Source of the DNA: Oikopleura dioica
Lineage: Eukaryota; Animalia; Chordata
Reading direction: 5' to 3'
NCBI GenBank assembly: GCA_907165135.1
Contig: OU015566.1
Span: 1,860,001-1,924,000 of the forward strand
Length of the DNA stretch: 64,000 nucleotides
The notes under the pieces were generated by a model. That model had not been told where the DNA came from, made no database searches, and saw only the letters and a list, made by a program, of their open reading frames with translations. How positions within the stretch are numbered: position 1 is the stretch's first letter; each line of letters starts with the position of its first letter. A program made the position numbers and the translations under genes. Below, in pieces: positions 61,801 through 64,000 of the stretch.

Positions 61801-64000
61801 TACGCAGGCAGTTCTTTCGCATTTCTTATATGGTCAAGTTTGTTGTACCATTCATAGCAAAATGAACCTTTTGCAAAAAGTTCCTCACTCAGACCGCAGG
61901 ATCGAGCAAGTTTATCCAGCGCCATCGGACAAGTGTAGTTTTTAAAATCTCGAAAAGTGAGATTAAGGGCTTCTAAAACCATGTATCCACTAGCTCGTTT
62001 AATAAAGCTAATTAGCTTTGTATTTCCACCAACGAAAAAGAATAAAACGGAGATAAGAGTCGGAAAAAGAACGACCATGTCGTATCTTTCTCCTACCCAA
62101 GAATAGATTTTCAACTTATAAAAATCCTTCAAATATTTGAGCTTTTTGCGATAAGCCGCCAGAAGAGAAGGATTACTTCCTTGTCCAGCTTCTTTCTTTT
62201 TGTTTTCATCTTCGATCAGCTTTTCATAATGTTGAACACCTTGAAATATACAACCAGGAATCAGACTCTCCATTTTCTTCTGAAGTATGAGAAGGTAATT
62301 GATAAATTCTGTAAGCATTATTAAAGATCCTTCGACTTCATCCGTTTTACGCACAAAGCACTCGCGTTCACCATTACTGGTGACAGTCGCCAATGTTGCT
62401 AATTTATGATATTTATCTCCAGTAGAAAAGCCATTGCAATTCATTGTGCACTCAATATCATAAACAACGAAGTATTCTTGCACATAATCAAATGCAGGCA
62501 AGAATTTTTCAGCAACTAGCTCGTGCACGTGATCCATGATTCGGTAAGATTCGACAGTCTGATGAATTATATCAATGGTGTCCATGTTACAGGTTGATTC
62601 GTGTTTTTTCATTTTACGCTTATCGGCATGGGTATACAGACAATTTGGCGTTTTACACTTTGGAAGTTCGACGACCATGCGATCAGGCAAAACTCGAACA
62701 AGAGTTTGATCATTGAAGACATTTGGTATTAGAGTAAGAACGTTTCGTATTGGCATGTATTCTGCGTAAAGCGACGATTCGACGCTATCGTGAGTGCTTT
62801 GCGCCCGTGGAATTGAGTCGTTGTTTTCATCTGAAGAATCACTTTCATGAGCAGGCTCTGGCAACAAATCGTCGGTATCGTAATTAAGCAAATCGTCATT
62901 TGTATGCAAGGAAGACGAAGTATCCTCGCCATTTTTCGATACTGCACATTGGTTATCAACAAATGGATTTCGCGCTTGACTCTTTTCTGAACTTGCATTT
63001 TCAGTCAATTTATCAAAATCAACAAAAGATAAATCGTCATCATTTGTTTCCATCGCAGCTGTTTCCATAGCAGTTGTACCTTCGAGTTCTTGCAAATCTT
63101 CCTCATCGCTTTGCAATACTTCTGTTGCATCGTGTAAGTTGTGTTTGTGATTTTTTGTCCAACGCAAAATTTGAGCTGTCTTCTTCTTACCCAGATATCT
63201 TGAACATTTACTGTAACGTCGTTGAAAATCTTTATTCGCGGCGTAAAGTGGTAGCAGACCAGGATAATTATCAAATTCCCTGTACGTTAGATTTGTAAGC
63301 CGTTTGAATTCGTTTGCAAACTCATCCTCTTGCATGGGCGCCGCTAGAATATTCATATTGATACAATCCGAATTCCCCATCGCTGCGTAAACGCACCGCT
63401 TCAAATTAACGTTGTCGTTTATAATTTTTCCAACAAAAAGGCGAATGTTGACTTTGTATTTGTTTCTTATTTTCTGGAAAATGCCATCTGCAATCGAAAA
63501 TTGTTTATCTGCGTAAGCTTCGCCAAACAGCTCCTTTTTTATCTCCGCAATTTTGACATTATACTCGCGTAGATGTAGTTTAGGCCACCGTACTTTTATC
63601 AACGCGTGCCAAATACTTACCCAGTTTTTATCTCGATCTTCAAAAGTACGCCTAGTTGGCAAAAGATGAAATGTTCCAAGACGCCAAAAATAAGGTCGCG
63701 CGCTTTGCAGAACAACGCAGGGTCGAGTTGACATTGGATTGACGGACTCTAATCTGCCAATAACTTGTTCAACATTTTCGCGGTCACCAACTCGATGAGG
63801 TCGATAACTAATACCAAGAGGGCGAAAATAGCCTCCATACAAAGCGTAAATATCAATGTCCAAGAAACGCTCTAACTTTGGTAAATCTGCTCTCGTCGGC
63901 GACAAACCAAACTTTTCCACTAGTTCGCTAGAATCCACTTTTGAAAGCTCTTCGCGCAGTTCTTGGTTTAATTTTGTAGGAATTTTCGGGTGTATTTTTT
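58887..64000 (-). CDS. Protein-primed family B DNA polymerase (Polinton/Maverick type), 5'-truncated by the window edge
   Basis: Exo I VVYDIEC, Exo II GERYD, Exo III YNYND; KNLTGG; motif A YDFNSLYP; motif B KFILNSAVG; motif C YCDTDS; PGLLKVE and SAKCY; inserted EKKIGNYYIDGY...FEYRGCTFHPC nuclease-like segment. The frame stays open to 64000 and has no introns. Confidence 0.93.
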   Translation of the reverse strand, partial: KIHPKIPTKLNQELREELSKVDSSELVEKFGLSPTRADLPKLERFLDIDIYALYGGYFRPLGISYRPHRVGDRENVEQVIGRLESVNPMSTRPCVVLQSARPYFWRLGTFHLLPTRRTFEDRDKNWVSIWHALIKVRWPKLHLREYNVKIAEIKKELFGEAYADKQFSIADGIFQKIRNKYKVNIRLFVGKIINDNVNLKRCVYAAMGNSDCINMNILAAPMQEDEFANEFKRLTNLTYREFDNYPGLLPLYAANKDFQRRYSKCSRYLGKKKTAQILRWTKNHKHNLHDATEVLQSDEEDLQELEGTTAMETAAMETNDDDLSFVDFDKLTENASSEKSQARNPFVDNQCAVSKNGEDTSSSLHTNDDLLNYDTDDLLPEPAHESDSSDENNDSIPRAQSTHDSVESSLYAEYMPIRNVLTLIPNVFNDQTLVRVLPDRMVVELPKCKTPNCLYTHADKRKMKKHESTCNMDTIDIIHQTVESYRIMDHVHELVAEKFLPAFDYVQEYFVVYDIECTMNCNGFSTGDKYHKLATLATVTSNGERECFVRKTDEVEGSLIMLTEFINYLLILQKKMESLIPGCIFQGVQHYEKLIEDENKKKEAGQGSNPSLLAAYRKKLKYLKDFYKLKIYSWVGERYDMVVLFPTLISVLFFFVGGNTKLISFIKRASGYMVLEALNLTFRDFKNYTCPMALDKLARSCGLSEELFAKGSFCYEWYNKLDHIRNAKELPAYPCFYSTMSVATNEYVIEMDKIIATNIQDGKWKNEKKEIANRVCRFLKLTHIFEDPVAKEHFDNLPPVDEASQGESLFQIRDTIDLYVKWTTQIDKFLCWSDEKNRWHLDEDDEATRAFFRFSPNMYRASVERWYALEEDSSNQNPITMMDFLIDYNYNDCVLLQGSISSFALSNQRRFGLGIHSELSISQLAHKIAFLKYDKKCPPIYSISPDFPELLRDMRKNLTGGIVQVLHRAVYLNGPNPAIPESAWKTLLGKIIKAVITYDFNSLYPQSFRGDLPCGPGIKYTLQKMGYSSSMCYADEKRFFSKGMFHQRQNTSLGSIRWLEYLNWSPDYSFNGSIEHSYNLEEKKIGNYYIDGYAESEDERILIRSNDAEKEPFRFIKKRYFFEYRGCTFHPCTNKLCKIKPTCAAKKELIDPATGTKIFVPFTKDGLLKKEDARMQKIIDDVRKMDKIEDWGKPLKHWNGNEWEETEGPQNFPHSITIKMACEWKREWKILESTGKSPSSKTYPFLFKGAKKPSGLPSGREGVTEAEFKKLVLEEDENGESKFFGFAMVDLRSPPSVIEKYKYMPPIFARKRIEREDLQGDLNDTLSDTQKKRMFPCEENIFCFNVDNYFISSQMLHYYAKMGIEYKVKYFVSYFRGKPFENFVNDLVADRVKAAAKGDQAGQNWIKFILNSAVGYFAINRSKFLKTRILSSGDLYTALRNPRLKSLSTLQAEKTKCDPLHEAIFSKKMVNHSTALQVQLFVYQNSKLLFFKFRDVLNEYMEEGMVQICYCDTDSFVLALGAKTLDECVKVCLKDEWETIIKPKWFATSCPASQKEPGLLKVEAEIYSGWFIALSAKCYIMTECEPNRIDEAIVAPENRHRVFEVLEEHNRSFLNEKNVKRSAKGCAKKIKLRYLDYLAALFSDNSEDSVIKNMPLFMYDQVNKQIKTKVLSKRVINGALKKRIVDKDKIRTYALKKADGTYY

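Larger units (their letters stand above)
46700..64000. mobile_element. Polinton/Maverick-like element or endogenous dsDNA virus (partial; left boundary undefined, continues past the right edge)
   Basis: pPolB plus a dense block of orphan genes arranged as converging + and - cassettes that meet at poly(A) signals near 57.74-57.78 kb. No host orthologs recognised. TIR, TSD, integrase and capsid genes are not seen. Confidence 0.7.

Noticed and set aside
58887-64000. Herpesvirus, NCLDV or host replicative polymerase
   Set aside because: The motif spacing, TGG/PGLLK segments and inserted IDGY...EYRGC region fit the protein-primed Polinton type, not RNA-primed PolB.

Overview
Compact, AT-rich animal DNA with very short (~30-55 nt) introns, most consistent with a larvacean tunicate such as Oikopleura (inference). 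The left two-thirds (1 to ~44.2 kb) is host gene territory. It holds a teashirt/Tshz zinc-finger gene, a secreted astacin + EGF + LDLa + Thr-rich + ZP mosaic protein, a small secreted orphan and a synaptotagmin-like (Slp4/5-type) gene. It also holds two tandem Thr-rich secreted paralogs, one split by a 3.1-kb hAT-type insertion carrying a hairpin minisatellite, two acidic orphans, and co-oriented SZT2, MTMR9 and ZDHHC1/11. Several MITE and foldback repeats are present. From ~44.5-46.7 kb to the right edge lies a gene-dense block with no recognisable host genes. It ends in an intronless, >1700-codon Polinton/Maverick-type protein-primed DNA polymerase B that runs off the window. The polymerase is accompanied by about ten orphan genes, many TATA-driven and spliced. 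These include a 48-aa hydrophobic peptide, a PPxY protein, a BEN-like protein, a furin-cleavable type II membrane glycoprotein and a 670-nt dual-coding region. I read this block as the accessory ('early-like') arm of an endogenous Polinton-like virus. Integrase, capsid, ATPase, protease and element termini are not visible in this window. All exon structures are manual reconstructions, and no database searches were run.
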